Part shown: positions 38,055 through 48,238 of the stretch, piece by piece
How the letters are laid out: each line of letters begins with the position of its first letter
Numbering within the stretch: the first letter of the stretch is position 1
Assembly (NCBI GenBank): GCA_018992685.1
Contig: JACVGT010000018.1
Location: 64,001 to 128,000, forward strand
Length of the DNA: 64,000 nt
DNA from: Theionarchaea archaeon
Lineage (GTDB): Archaea; Methanobacteriota_B; Thermococci; Methanofastidiosales; SZ-28-30
Reading direction: 5' to 3'
Program-made: the position numbers and the translations under genes
The notes under the pieces: generated by a model
The model's database searches: none
Seen by the model: only the letters and a program-made list of their open reading frames with translations
Told to the model about the DNA's origin: nothing

Positions 38055-38660
38055 TTACAACACCTCTTCTATTTCCTTCTTGGTGAGTTCTCGATACCCG
38101 TCTTTTGTGATGACTGCCATGGAAATACCATCCCCCGTTGCAAGGTCCCTCTGAGTCGCTGCGTTGATGCAGCGGGCGGCCAGTTTCTGCAGCTCTTTCA
38201 CTGTCATTCCTTCCTTGTACTGGTCTTCAAGAAGACCATATGCCACCTGCATCCCTGATCCTGAAGCAATGAAGTTGTCCTCGTTCATTCCACCAAGTGG
38301 ATCAAGTGAGAAAGCGACTGGTCGCTCATCATACCCTCCTATGATGAAGAGGGCAAAATAGGGATAGTATCTATGACTGAAGAGGATACGAGATGCAAGC
38401 GTGGCCAGCGATTTGACAGTCAAGTCCTGGTTAGTCTTAATGCTGTAGAGGTTTGATTCAACTCTGAGCAAGTTGACAAAGTTCTGTATGTCGCCCACTG
38501 AACCCGCTCCTGTAGCACCTGCTAACCCTGATACCTGGAAAATCTTGCGCGCGTTCTTATGGGCAACTGCATAGCCCATGGATGCTCTCTTGTCTGCTGC
38601 CAGCACAACTCCGTCTTTACCAACTAAGGCCACTGTAGTCGTTCCTTTTGTAACATCCAT
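38055..38660 (-). CDS. psmB: 20S proteasome beta subunit
   Basis: KG|TTTVAL Ntn processing site, ADKRAS, AGSVGD, SGSG; start at MDVTKG after RBS AGGTGA. Confidence 0.95.
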   Translation of the reverse strand: MDVTKGTTTVALVGKDGVVLAADKRASMGYAVAHKNARKIFQVSGLAGATGAGSVGDIQNFVNLLRVESNLYSIKTNQDLTVKSLATLASRILFSHRYYPYFALFIIGGYDERPVAFSLDPLGGMNEDNFIASGSGMQVAYGLLEDQYKEGMTVKELQKLAARCINAATQRDLATGDGISMAVITKDGYRELTKKEIEEVL

Positions 38661-38703
38661 ATTATCACCTTGAGCCAAGCATTCCTGTTCGCATGCTTAA
38701 CCT

Positions 38704-38734
38704 TACCTTAAGTTAAGTTAAGGTACTTATAAAG
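38704..38734 (-). promoter_or_regulatory. psmB promoter (CTTTATAAG) with an abutting 8-bp inverted repeat TACCTTAA-N6-TTAAGGTA
   Basis: IR arms at 38704-38711 and 38718-38725, directly downstream of the TATA box on the minus strand. Confidence 0.55.
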
Positions 38735-38851
38735 GTATCGGTCACCGGTCCCCGGGGAACTCGCTCACCCTTTATCGAGAAGGATCTCCCTCTGAATTGC
38801 CTCAATCCAGACAAGGAGCCCTGTGAAATCCCCCGTCTCTCAACGTGAGAG

Positions 38852-39358
38852 CTACCCATTGTTCTCGATATAGAAGTCCTTGACAAACTGAGGCGGGAAG
38901 CCTCCGTTCTGAACCTCTAACACCAAAGTGTCCACCGTTTCAAGCGCTTTTTTCTCCACTGTCTCGGTCAGAAGTCCATCCTTGGCGATATTTCTAAATA
39001 TGCTGGTGCCAAATACTTTACACTGATCTACAGGCGAAATCCATACCTTGATGAAGAGGTCCATGGTGTTGAGAAACGTGAGGTTCTCTTCCACAGGGGT
39101 CACGACATTGATGAGAAATCCTGTAGGACGAGCCTGAAAGTCGAAAATCTTCTCTGTGATGTACCAGTTGCCGTACTCTATGAAAGCTACTGCTGTATAC
39201 CCATTCTCCAGGACATGAACCCCATCAACAACCAATGGGTTCTGCAGGTTGCTCACAGGGTAGCGAGCAATAACCATCTTGTTTGACTGATAGATAATCT
39301 CCATCTCTCTTCTAGAGAGGTTTCCCCACAGGTTCGTCTGGGTAATCTGTATTCGCAT
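38852..39358 (-). CDS. DUF402-like protein
   Basis: WYITEKIFD...GFLINVVTP...MDLFIKVW pattern; coupled to uvrB. Confidence 0.55.
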   Translation of the reverse strand: MRIQITQTNLWGNLSRREMEIIYQSNKMVIARYPVSNLQNPLVVDGVHVLENGYTAVAFIEYGNWYITEKIFDFQARPTGFLINVVTPVEENLTFLNTMDLFIKVWISPVDQCKVFGTSIFRNIAKDGLLTETVEKKALETVDTLVLEVQNGGFPPQFVKDFYIENNG

Positions 39359-41295
39359 TATGATCCTCCTTTCAATTCCCGTATTTTGTCTCTGAGCACA
39401 GCGGCACGTTCGAATTCCAGTCTTCGTGCAGCCTCCAACATTTCTCTCTCCAGATCATCCAGAACCAGGGGCAGTTCCTCATGAGGTTTCTTCTCCCTGT
39501 CTTTTTCTTTCTCTTCCCTCATGCGCTGAAACACTTTTTTCCTTATGGACTCAGGTCTGATGTCGTGGCTTTCGTTGTATGCCTGCTGGATACCTCTCCT
39601 CCTCTCTGTCTCTTTAATAGCTTTTCGCATGGAATCGGTAACCTGGTCTGCATACATGATGACCTGACCTGAGACATGACGTGCGCATCTTCCAATTGTC
39701 TGGATGAGAGAGGTTTCGGATCGCAGGAATCCTTCTTTATCTGCATCCAGGATAGCCACGAGAGATACCTCTGGGAGGTCAAGTCCTTCCCTCAACAAGT
39801 TGATACCCACCAGACAGTCAAATTCACCCAGACGCAGGTCCCTTATGATGTCCATTCGATCCAGAGTGTCAATTTCGGAGTGCAGGTATCTCACCCTGAG
39901 TCCCATCTCAATGAGGTACTCAGTAAGATCCTCAGCCATTCTCTTGGTCAAAGTGGTTACCAGAATCCGTTCCTGTGGAGCTCTCCTCTCAATCTCCGCT
40001 ATGAGGTCGTCAATCTGATTGGCAGTGGGACGGACTATAACTTCAGGATCTACAAGCCCTGTGGGCCTGATTATCTGTTCCACAACCTGCTGGGATCTTG
40101 TGAGTTCGTAGACGGCAGGTGTTGCGGATACGTAGACCACTTCGTTGATCTTCTTTTTGAACTCTTCAAACATCAAAGGCCTGTTGTCGAATGCGGAAGG
40201 CAGCCTGAATCCATATGCCACCAGGGCGTCCTTTCTGGCCTTGTCTTGAAAGTACATCCCCTTTATCTGGGGCACGGTAACGTGAGATTCATCAATGACT
40301 AAGAGATAATCCTCAGGAAAATAGTCCATGAGGGTGTAGGGCGGATCTCCTGGCACTCTGCCGTCAAAGTGTCTGGAATAGTTTTCAATACCAGGACAAT
40401 ACCCGATTTCCCTTAACATCTCCAGATCAAACCGGGTTCTCTGCTCCAGCCTCTGAGCCTCCAGCAGTTTCCCCTCCTTCTTGAGGTATTGCAACCGTTC
40501 CTCCAGTTCTTGTTCAATGGAATGGAGACCTCTTCTGGTTTTCTCTTCAGGGGTAACGTAATGCTTGGCTGGATGAATGTGAGATCCTGAGGTCTCTTCC
40601 AGTATCTTGCCTGTCACCGGATTGAAATAGTAAATTCGGGACATCTCACCCCCGGAAAATCCAACGCGGATGGGTATGTCGCTGTAGGAAGGGAAAACAT
40701 CCACCATGTCCCCCCGTACCCTGAACGTGCCCCTGCCAAAGGCCATGTCATTTCGTTCATACTGAATCTCCACAAGGCGGCGCATGAACACATCCCTATC
40801 ATAGGGGATACCTGGTCTCAGGGCAATGCCCATTTCCTTGTAATCCTTGGGAATACCCAACCCGTAAATACAGGATACGGAGGCTACCACAATCACATCG
40901 CTACGATCCTGGAGGGAAGCGGTGGCAGACAGACGCATCTTGTCAATCTCTTCATTCACCGAGGTTTCTTTTCCAATGTAGGTATCCGTCTTGGGAATAT
41001 ACGCTTCTGGTTGATAATAATCATAATAGGACACAAAATATTCCACCGCGTTTTCGGGGAAAAATTGTTTGAACTCAGTGTATAATTGTGCTGCCAGGGT
41101 CTTATTGTGGGAAATCACCAGTGTAGGCTTATCAATCCTTTCTATGACGCAGGCCATGCTAAATGTCTTTCCTGATCCTGTGACGCCCAAAAGGGTCTGT
41201 TCTGAGAGTCCTGACTGGATGCCCTCTGTCAACTGGGCAATTGCCTTGGGCTGATCCCCTGATGGGGCAAAATCAGATTGAAGAACAAAGGGCAT
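39358..41295 (-). CDS. uvrB: Excinuclease ABC subunit B
   Basis: [41 protein letters not shown]-terminal UVR coil. Confidence 0.98.
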   Translation of the reverse strand: MPFVLQSDFAPSGDQPKAIAQLTEGIQSGLSEQTLLGVTGSGKTFSMACVIERIDKPTLVISHNKTLAAQLYTEFKQFFPENAVEYFVSYYDYYQPEAYIPKTDTYIGKETSVNEEIDKMRLSATASLQDRSDVIVVASVSCIYGLGIPKDYKEMGIALRPGIPYDRDVFMRRLVEIQYERNDMAFGRGTFRVRGDMVDVFPSYSDIPIRVGFSGGEMSRIYYFNPVTGKILEETSGSHIHPAKHYVTPEEKTRRGLHSIEQELEERLQYLKKEGKLLEAQRLEQRTRFDLEMLREIGYCPGIENYSRHFDGRVPGDPPYTLMDYFPEDYLLVIDESHVTVPQIKGMYFQDKARKDALVAYGFRLPSAFDNRPLMFEEFKKKINEVVYVSATPAVYELTRSQQVVEQIIRPTGLVDPEVIVRPTANQIDDLIAEIERRAPQERILVTTLTKRMAEDLTEYLIEMGLRVRYLHSEIDTLDRMDIIRDLRLGEFDCLVGINLLREGLDLPEVSLVAILDADKEGFLRSETSLIQTIGRCARHVSGQVIMYADQVTDSMRKAIKETERRRGIQQAYNESHDIRPESIRKKVFQRMREEKEKDREKKPHEELPLVLDDLEREMLEAARRLEFERAAVLRDKIRELKGGS

Positions 41296-41507
41296 ACCTC
41301 GTTATTGCTCTCGCACTTTAAAAAGGTTCTCAGCAAAGAAAACTACTGACTGAAGTGAGTTGTACATATGATGTGGCATGTCCATATTGAGATGGACCAG
41401 ATCGAACCCTTTATTGGTGACACATAATCTTCTGCGAAGAGTCCTCCACAAGAGTCATCCTCTCCCTAAAGAAATAGATATTGGATAGTACTATCTCTGA
41501 GCACTGT

Positions 41508-41729
41508 CTAACATGAGCTGTGTTCGATCGCGTCCTGGGGGCATCCTTCCACACATGCGCAACACTCGATGCATTCATCTACATTGGGAGCCGTCGACTT
41601 CTCGCCAACAATCTCGTACACTTCAGTGGGGCAGACTTCAGCGCACTCACCGCAACCCGTACACAGATCATAGTCAATTCGGATAGAGCATCCAACATCT
41701 TCACTTTCCCAGGTCTTAATATCAGCCAT
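41508..41729 (-). CDS. 2[4Fe-4S] ferredoxin
   Basis: CTGCGECAEVCP and CIECCACVEGCP; RBS GAGGTGA. Confidence 0.92.
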   Translation of the reverse strand: MADIKTWESEDVGCSIRIDYDLCTGCGECAEVCPTEVYEIVGEKSTAPNVDECIECCACVEGCPQDAIEHSSC

Positions 41730-41935
41730 TTTAGTCACCTCTCTTTGTTCACCAACCTACTCATTTATAAATTTTTTGCCTCCTTTCTCAGGCTTCTAGA
41801 GCTTCTGTTCCTCTATTTATTTGTCATTGATACTCTTCTGGCATGATCCACCAGGACACACTAGTAGATGAAGGAGATCAATCAGTGCGAGAACAAACCC
41901 AAAAAATCTTTAAATGCATCCACAGCTTGTGTGAT

Positions 41936-43525
41936 ATGTACAAGCTTCTCATTGGTGACTGGGTGGAGACAGCTGATAGAGGTCTGGCCCTCCGGGCAGA
42001 TGACATCATAAAAGATCCAGGCATATCCATTGCATACTATCTCAGAAAAGTTCCTGCTTATCAGAAACTGCTCTTGCGGCTGGCCTCTGGGTTCTTCACG
42101 CCCAAGAGTGCAGAAGAACGATATGCGGTCAAGTACATCAGGAAGCATGGTATTCCCCACTTTGATGAGAGCGCAGCCTATGCAGAGTTCTGTATTGCTT
42201 CTCAAAAAGAAGTCCAGGATTCTATCAAGGTGTCACGGTCCTGTGAACAGGACGTGAGGTCAACCTCCATAGAGAAAAGAAAGGAGATTTTGTCCAGAAT
42301 TGGGGAGGAATTCAAAAACCACAGGAGAAAAATTGAAGAGATCAGCGTTGCAGAAGGACATCCCCAGAAAATGCTGGACTGGGAATACAGAGAATCGTCT
42401 ACCTTTTTTACAGATGACATGTTGTACTACCTTGGAGAACAGATCAGCCCCAAGAACCTCAATGGAGATTCGTTGCTGAGGACTCCTTTCGGTTCAGTGG
42501 GATTGGTCACTCCTTATAATGCAGCTACAACTCTGGGAATTTTGAATATTTGCTGTTCTTTCATTTCGGGGAATTGTACTGTGGTGAAACCCCCCTCTAT
42601 GCTACCCATTTCAACCCTCTACATTTCTGAAATGATGTATAACATATTCCAGGAATACGCCATCAACCCACTGTGCACAACGGTGGCTGAGTCAAAAATG
42701 TGTGTCACCGAATGGATCAACGGGCTGGACTGTATCATATTCTACGGATCATCTGAAAGCGGTGTGCAGATTGCAGCAAAGGCTGTGAAAAACTACAAGA
42801 AAGTAATTCTGGAGATTGCTGGAAGCGATGCCACACTCATATGGGAAGATTCCGACCTGGAGAGGGCCATCCAGGATGCTGGGAGGGCACGATTTCTCGG
42901 GTCAGGCCAGGCCTGCATTGCCACCAAGCGGCTGTTTGTGCATGAAAAGGTGTATGATGAGGTGGTCTCTGCCCTGACCAGATATGCAGAGTCTTTGCAG
43001 ATTGGACTGCCTTCAGATCCCCGGACTGATATCGTCCCTACAGCCATTGAGGCTCTGGAAAATGTCGAAAGATACGCTGCAGATGCTCTGGAACAGGGGG
43101 CTCAGGTAGAGTGCGGTGGTCACAGAGTAAATCACAAAGGAGAACCGGACGATTTGGGACTCTATTTTGAACCCACCATCCTCTCGGGATGTGATACTTC
43201 TATGCTGTGCATGCAGGAAGAAACCTTTGGACCACTCCTGCCTGTCTGCAAGGTAAAGAACTTAGAAGAAGCTCTCACCAAGATTAACCAGTCCAAATAT
43301 GGGCTGAGGGCCTCTGTGTGGTCTGAAGATGAGAATGTCACAGAATCCTTCATAGAGAAGGTGGATACAGGGGGAGTGATGGTCAATGATGATCATCTGC
43401 TCTTTACCTCCCGATTGCCACACCTGGGAGGCGTGAAGGCCTCTGGCATCATCGGTTCCAAATACTTCAACCTGGAGCTGACGTACATGAAATATGTTCA
43501 CAGGAGGGGGCCAACCCACGGGTGA
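41936..43525 (+). CDS. Aldehyde dehydrogenase family protein (divergent)
   Basis: VTPYN, VVKP, FYGS, LEIAGSD, GQACIA catalytic Cys, EETFGP, YGL. Confidence 0.88.
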   Translation: MYKLLIGDWVETADRGLALRADDIIKDPGISIAYYLRKVPAYQKLLLRLASGFFTPKSAEERYAVKYIRKHGIPHFDESAAYAEFCIASQKEVQDSIKVSRSCEQDVRSTSIEKRKEILSRIGEEFKNHRRKIEEISVAEGHPQKMLDWEYRESSTFFTDDMLYYLGEQISPKNLNGDSLLRTPFGSVGLVTPYNAATTLGILNICCSFISGNCTVVKPPSMLPISTLYISEMMYNIFQEYAINPLCTTVAESKMCVTEWINGLDCIIFYGSSESGVQIAAKAVKNYKKVILEIAGSDATLIWEDSDLERAIQDAGRARFLGSGQACIATKRLFVHEKVYDEVVSALTRYAESLQIGLPSDPRTDIVPTAIEALENVERYAADALEQGAQVECGGHRVNHKGEPDDLGLYFEPTILSGCDTSMLCMQEETFGPLLPVCKVKNLEEALTKINQSKYGLRASVWSEDENVTESFIEKVDTGGVMVNDDHLLFTSRLPHLGGVKASGIIGSKYFNLELTYMKYVHRRGPTHG

Positions 43526-43657
43526 GTAACAGCTCGCATTGCCATTCACCAATCGAGAGAGCCCAGATAGCACAACAACCTCCCTCTTTTCTACTCATTG
43601 ATGAGTATTTACCCAAACGTATTTAAAAAGACAATCCAACCTCATTGCGGTGATCCA

Positions 43658-44299
43658 ATGGACATGGAAACATTGATCCCAGAACTGGCAGTAATTGTAA
43701 TCATTGTACTTCTGGGAATTGTATTGAGGAGATATGTAAGTAAACAGAAAATCACGGTAAAACACATTGTCTTCGTGGGTATTATGTCAGCTATGGGTAC
43801 CGCTCTGGCGGTGGTCTCTTTTGTGCCTATAGGACCTAATATCAATGTAGATTTCTCTCATATTGGGACGTTCATTGTGGCTATTGCTCTTGGGCCTTTC
43901 TATGGAATGATTACTGGTGCACTAATTGGAATTTATCCCATGACCGTATTTGGGAATGTACTTGTGCCTCCAGGCAAAGCCTTAACCGGGCTCTTCGTCG
44001 GGTACCTGGCCATGAAGTTGAATCTGATTGGCAGGAATGGTACTGAAAAGCCAGCTGAAACTGGGAACAAGAGAATACCACGAATTGTGCCTACAGTTCT
44101 GGCAGGCTGGATCCCTGAAGCAGTGTTTGTGTTAATCACCATGGGAATTGTGGGTATTCCCTATCTCTTGCCCATGCCTGTGGTGGAAGGAATCCTGGTC
44201 AAAGGGGTAGCAGAGATTCTGCTGCTGGGCATAGTGTGTGAAGCTCTATTTGCCAGTAAAGCGATAAGAAATGCCCTTAAGTCGTTTAGAAACCACTAA
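43658..44299 (+). CDS. ECF transporter S-component-like membrane protein
   Basis: GIMSAMG, VDFSHI, LGPFYG, KALTGLFVG; about 6-7 TMs; RBS GGTGA. Confidence 0.7.
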   Translation: MDMETLIPELAVIVIIVLLGIVLRRYVSKQKITVKHIVFVGIMSAMGTALAVVSFVPIGPNINVDFSHIGTFIVAIALGPFYGMITGALIGIYPMTVFGNVLVPPGKALTGLFVGYLAMKLNLIGRNGTEKPAETGNKRIPRIVPTVLAGWIPEAVFVLITMGIVGIPYLLPMPVVEGILVKGVAEILLLGIVCEALFASKAIRNALKSFRNH

Positions 44300-44361
44300 T
44301 CTCTCTTTTCTTCACCTTTTTTTGGCCGTGCTTTTTACCTCCACAGCTTTATTAGCTGTGT

Positions 44362-45177
44362 GTGCCAGTGGAGAATGTGATACTGGATCATCCATGCTTT
44401 GATGAGAAAGCACACTTCCTATATGGGAGAATCCATCTCCCTGTGGCAAAGAGGTGTAACATTCACTGTACGTACTGCTCTCAAGAAGTGGGAATCTCAT
44501 ATCATGGATGCAGGCCAGGGGTAGCTGAACGAATATTGACCCCTCTTGAGGCAATCGAGAGAGTGTCCTTTCATATGAGGCCTGAGTTGAAAGTGGCAGG
44601 TGTTGCAGGACCCGGGGAACCCTTGTGCAACAATGAGACCTTTGCAACTCTTGAATTGATTCATGAGAAGTTTCCACATCTCATTCTGTGTGTTGCCACC
44701 AATGGACTGCTGTTGCCTGAGAAAGCTGACCTTCTCGCCCAGCTAGGGGTAAGGACAGTCACGGTCACAGTCAATACAGTCAACGCAGAGACTATTCCAG
44801 AGGTATATCAGCATATCATGGGGAACCCTCCAGAAAAGATGGCAGGACGATTTATTTCCAGTCAGCTGGAAGGAATCGAGGCCTGCGCTGAGCTGGGCAT
44901 ACAAGTCAAAGTGAACTCAGTGCTCATTCCCGGTGTTACAGCAGAGGGAATGAAAGACGTGGCCATCCAGTCAAAGAAGAGAGGTGCATATTTACAGAAC
45001 ATTATCCCTCTCATTCCACTGGCAAACCGTCCGCAACCGAGACCTCCCACATGTGAAGAGCTCAGGTCGGCCAGAGCAAAATGCGAAGAGACACTTCCCC
45101 AGTTCAAACTGTGTGTCCAATGCAGGGCTGACGCAGTTGGAATACCGGGTAAGAGAGAAATATTCATTACAGAGTAA
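44362..45177 (+). CDS. NifB-like radical SAM protein (short form, no NifX domain)
   Basis: HPCF, RIHLPVA, CNIHCTYC, RPG, AGPGEPL, TNG, CVQCRADAVG. Confidence 0.88.
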   Translation: MPVENVILDHPCFDEKAHFLYGRIHLPVAKRCNIHCTYCSQEVGISYHGCRPGVAERILTPLEAIERVSFHMRPELKVAGVAGPGEPLCNNETFATLELIHEKFPHLILCVATNGLLLPEKADLLAQLGVRTVTVTVNTVNAETIPEVYQHIMGNPPEKMAGRFISSQLEGIEACAELGIQVKVNSVLIPGVTAEGMKDVAIQSKKRGAYLQNIIPLIPLANRPQPRPPTCEELRSARAKCEETLPQFKLCVQCRADAVGIPGKREIFITE

Positions 45178-45326
45178 GTAAAGATAACAGCTAAAGATCG
45201 AATTTTCGCTCTATGTATGGGATAACATAGTCCTATACTTTACATATAGCAATATTTATATTTCGAGAAACGCATCATGATGCTGAAATAAATCTGGATG
45301 TGTGAAACTCAAAGGAGGTGGGCCCT

Positions 45327-45437
45327 TTGAAAAGACGTGGAAGAAGGCCTTTAGTCTGGATGGAATGTCTCGAAAGGAGAGAGTATGTTGCAGCGCGGAG
45401 ATGGGATGCTGCAGAACAGAAAAAGAAAAAGAATTGA
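45327..45437 (+). CDS. Putative 36-aa basic peptide MKRRGRRPLVWMECLERREYVAARRWDAAEQKKKKN
   Basis: TTG start 6 nt after a strong RBS AAAGGAGGTG; TATA-like TTTATATTT at 45255. Confidence 0.45.
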   Translation: MKRRGRRPLVWMECLERREYVAARRWDAAEQKKKKN

Positions 45438-45525
45438 AGTTGGAAAAGAAGCTAAGTAGAAAAATGGTTATAGATAACCCAATGTGACGTGATATATCCT
45501 GATAATCAAAAGGAATCGTGTACAT

Positions 45526-46017
45526 CTATTGAGTTATCTTCGAGATCTCTCTCAGTATTTCCTCCACAACCAGTGGAATTGCAGCAGAAACTCTTTCTGA
45601 TACTGTTGTGGCTGGTTCTATTTTCTCAGGCTGAACGGCAATGATTTGCATGATTTCCGGCGCTTCTCCAATCCTCTGGGAGAGAGTTATGACCTCCATC
45701 AAATCCAGCTGGTGCAGGGAATATTCGATCCCTCGTAGCGATCGCACTTCTTCGGGCAGAAATACTCTGACTTCTCCAGGAATTCCTCCAAAATCCACAC
45801 AATCGATGAAGATAACGTGAGCATAATCCTTTATTACGTGTAAGAGTGCCATCCCTCCTGTCCCCCCATCAATCACATCGACACCTGGAGGCAGGGATTC
45901 CCTTTGAAGAGCCTTGAGAACAGCGGGGCCTGCCCCATCATCTCCCATGAGTTCATTTCCAAGAGCAATGACTGCAATTGCAGGTGGTTGAGGTAGTTCA
46001 TCCCTTTTCTGATTCAT
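45526..46017 (-). CDS. Hydrogenase maturation endopeptidase
   Basis: LGNELMGDDGAG, IDGGT, FIDC, SLH. Confidence 0.92.
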   Translation of the reverse strand: MNQKRDELPQPPAIAVIALGNELMGDDGAGPAVLKALQRESLPPGVDVIDGGTGGMALLHVIKDYAHVIFIDCVDFGGIPGEVRVFLPEEVRSLRGIEYSLHQLDLMEVITLSQRIGEAPEIMQIIAVQPEKIEPATTVSERVSAAIPLVVEEILREISKITQ

Positions 46018-46166
46018 TATCTACGGTGTAGCCAGAACAAAAATAAAGGTTTGGAAAAGATGTCTGATCACTGCAATATGCCCAGAAATCCACGCTAACC
46101 CAGGACACACAGAACCGCAATACAGTAAATAGAGAAAAGAAGTAAAAGAGAGTGCGAAAGAAACCT

Positions 46167-47459
46167 TCATGTGAATTCTACGGTGAGATAATGTGTTGAA
46201 CACGATATGCAGGGATCATAGGCTCTGACCAGCATTTCCAGATTCAGTTCAATTTCCTTCTCTTCCAGATCAAGGAGTGTGGGGACAAAGGCTTCTAAAT
46301 CCAGGTTAATGTTCTTGTGATTCTGATTGGATGGTATGATACAATTGGCTTTGGTACAGAATCCCTGATCATCATACGTGTAATCGTGGAACAAGATGCC
46401 GCGAGGAACCTCAATGGCTCCGACACCGCGTCCTGCCTTCACTGTGTAGGTTGCTGTCTCATTCTTCAGGTCTGTGTCTAAAATGGCGTCTAGTAACCTG
46501 ATGGAATCCTCTACAGAATGATAGTACTCAACAAGCTGAACAGCATTGTTCATGAAGGGGTTGCAGTTGATGGGGCTGAGTCCGAACTTCTGTGCCCACG
46601 CCTTGGCTCCTGAGGTCAGGTTCGCTGCATTGAGATTGAACCGGGCCAGAGCTCCAACCATATAGGATTCCCGGGCGTGTTTGGCAAATTTGGCCGTTGA
46701 GTAGGGCACCATGTACTCATTGGCGATTGACTCATAGTCGGCCACAGCGTGAGTACCCGTATCTGTGGAACCAATGACTCCATCATATAATGCATATTCT
46801 GTGTCACTGGTGAGCCCGATGTACTCTGTCTCTCTGGTGAAATCAGGAAGTAGATGCAGATTATCCATTAGCAACTGGTTGACCTCGTCGCACACAGGCA
46901 GAACGCTGACGAGTCTATCTCTCAAGGTGGAAAGTTCTTTCTCCGAAGGTATCTTGGTAAATCCGCCCACCATCAAGGTGATAGGATGTGTAGTTCTGCC
47001 GCATATAAGGTCCGACATCTGATTAGCCAGCCGGTGAAGGCTCACGATCTTCAAGACAGCATCAGGGTGAGTCTCGATCAGCGGGAACACACTCCCTTTT
47101 CGAAACAAATCAGGAGCTACCAGATACCCCACGTGGAGAATGTGGCTTTGCATGTTCTCTGCATGGAGAGCAACCTTTCTCAAGAGTTCAGTCTCATCAC
47201 TGATAGTAACACCCATTGCAGCCTCAGTGGCTTTTAGCGAGCATAATGCATGGCCAATGGAGCAGATCCCACATATCCGAGACATGACATGTGATACCTG
47301 ATGGTAGTGCCTCCCTCTCACAAATGATTCAAACATGCGAGGGGCTTCAGTGACCTGCCACTGGACCTTCTCTACAATTCCATCTCTGGCGTTCAGAATA
47401 ATGTTGCCGTGACCTTCCACCCGCGTGAGATGATCTACCTTAATAGCAATTTCACTCAT
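46167..47459 (-). CDS. hydA: Group 3b [NiFe] hydrogenase large (alpha) subunit
   Basis: TRVEGHG, RICGIC, EVPRG, RAYDPCISCSTH plus a short cleavable tail. Confidence 0.93.
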   Translation of the reverse strand: MSEIAIKVDHLTRVEGHGNIILNARDGIVEKVQWQVTEAPRMFESFVRGRHYHQVSHVMSRICGICSIGHALCSLKATEAAMGVTISDETELLRKVALHAENMQSHILHVGYLVAPDLFRKGSVFPLIETHPDAVLKIVSLHRLANQMSDLICGRTTHPITLMVGGFTKIPSEKELSTLRDRLVSVLPVCDEVNQLLMDNLHLLPDFTRETEYIGLTSDTEYALYDGVIGSTDTGTHAVADYESIANEYMVPYSTAKFAKHARESYMVGALARFNLNAANLTSGAKAWAQKFGLSPINCNPFMNNAVQLVEYYHSVEDSIRLLDAILDTDLKNETATYTVKAGRGVGAIEVPRGILFHDYTYDDQGFCTKANCIIPSNQNHKNINLDLEAFVPTLLDLEEKEIELNLEMLVRAYDPCISCSTHYLTVEFT

Positions 47460-48238
47460 TGTTCCACCTCCGCCTTGGCTTTCTCCTCAATGTACCGGTA
47501 GGTAAACATGGATTTCAGCTGCATGATCTGTTCTGCAGATATCTCGTACTTCTCCAGAACCTCAGTGTGGGCATCCTCTTCGGGGTGAGTGACATACCCG
47601 CGGCAAGCTTCACATTCACTTCCGTGGGTAGGACAGATTGCGCCACACCCTGCTCGAGCTACCGGGCCCATGCAGACTCTACTCAACTCATAGAGGCACA
47701 CATTCTCTTTCTTTTTACAGTCCACGCACACAGGATAGTCAGGAATAGGGGGTTTCTTACCCTGCAGCAAAGCCGCCAGCACATTGCAGAACTCATCGCG
47801 ATCTATGGGACATCCCGGGATATACACGTCGACTGTGACCACTTCATCCAAGGCCTTAGTTTTGAAATTGGCAAAATATGGGTTGTCATTGAGGGCCGGG
47901 TCCTTGTCATAGACTGCGGCGATGCTTTCCTCAACAGGCCACTGGTTGACCATTCTCTGAACACATCCGATACAGGCACAGGCCCCCAGAGCCACCAGTA
48001 CCTTGGCATTTTTTCTGATTTTCTTTAACCGTTCAACGTCCATGGGGCGCATGATAGATCCTTCTATCACTGCAATATCATAATCATCAGAGTGTTCTTT
48101 CATCACTTCCCTGAAAGAGACGATGTCTACAAGCTTCGTTACATCGATGACTGCCTCTTCGAGGTTTGCTATCTGCAACTGACAGCCTTCGCAACTGGCA
48201 AAGTCAAAGAAGGCTACCCGTGGTTTTTGTTTCTTCAT
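47456..48238 (-). CDS. hydD: Group 3b hydrogenase small (delta) subunit
   Basis: SCEGC, EGS, GACA, PGCP, VCVDC...CMGP...GCGAICP...CEACRG. Confidence 0.92.
   Translation of the reverse strand: MKKQKPRVAFFDFASCEGCQLQIANLEEAVIDVTKLVDIVSFREVMKEHSDDYDIAVIEGSIMRPMDVERLKKIRKNAKVLVALGACACIGCVQRMVNQWPVEESIAAVYDKDPALNDNPYFANFKTKALDEVVTVDVYIPGCPIDRDEFCNVLAALLQGKKPPIPDYPVCVDCKKKENVCLYELSRVCMGPVARAGCGAICPTHGSECEACRGYVTHPEEDAHTEVLEKYEISAEQIMQLKSMFTYRYIEEKAKAEVEQ

Noticed and set aside
45302-45487. 61-aa ORF from the track
   Set aside because: The strong RBS lies inside it and points to the TTG at 45327 in another frame
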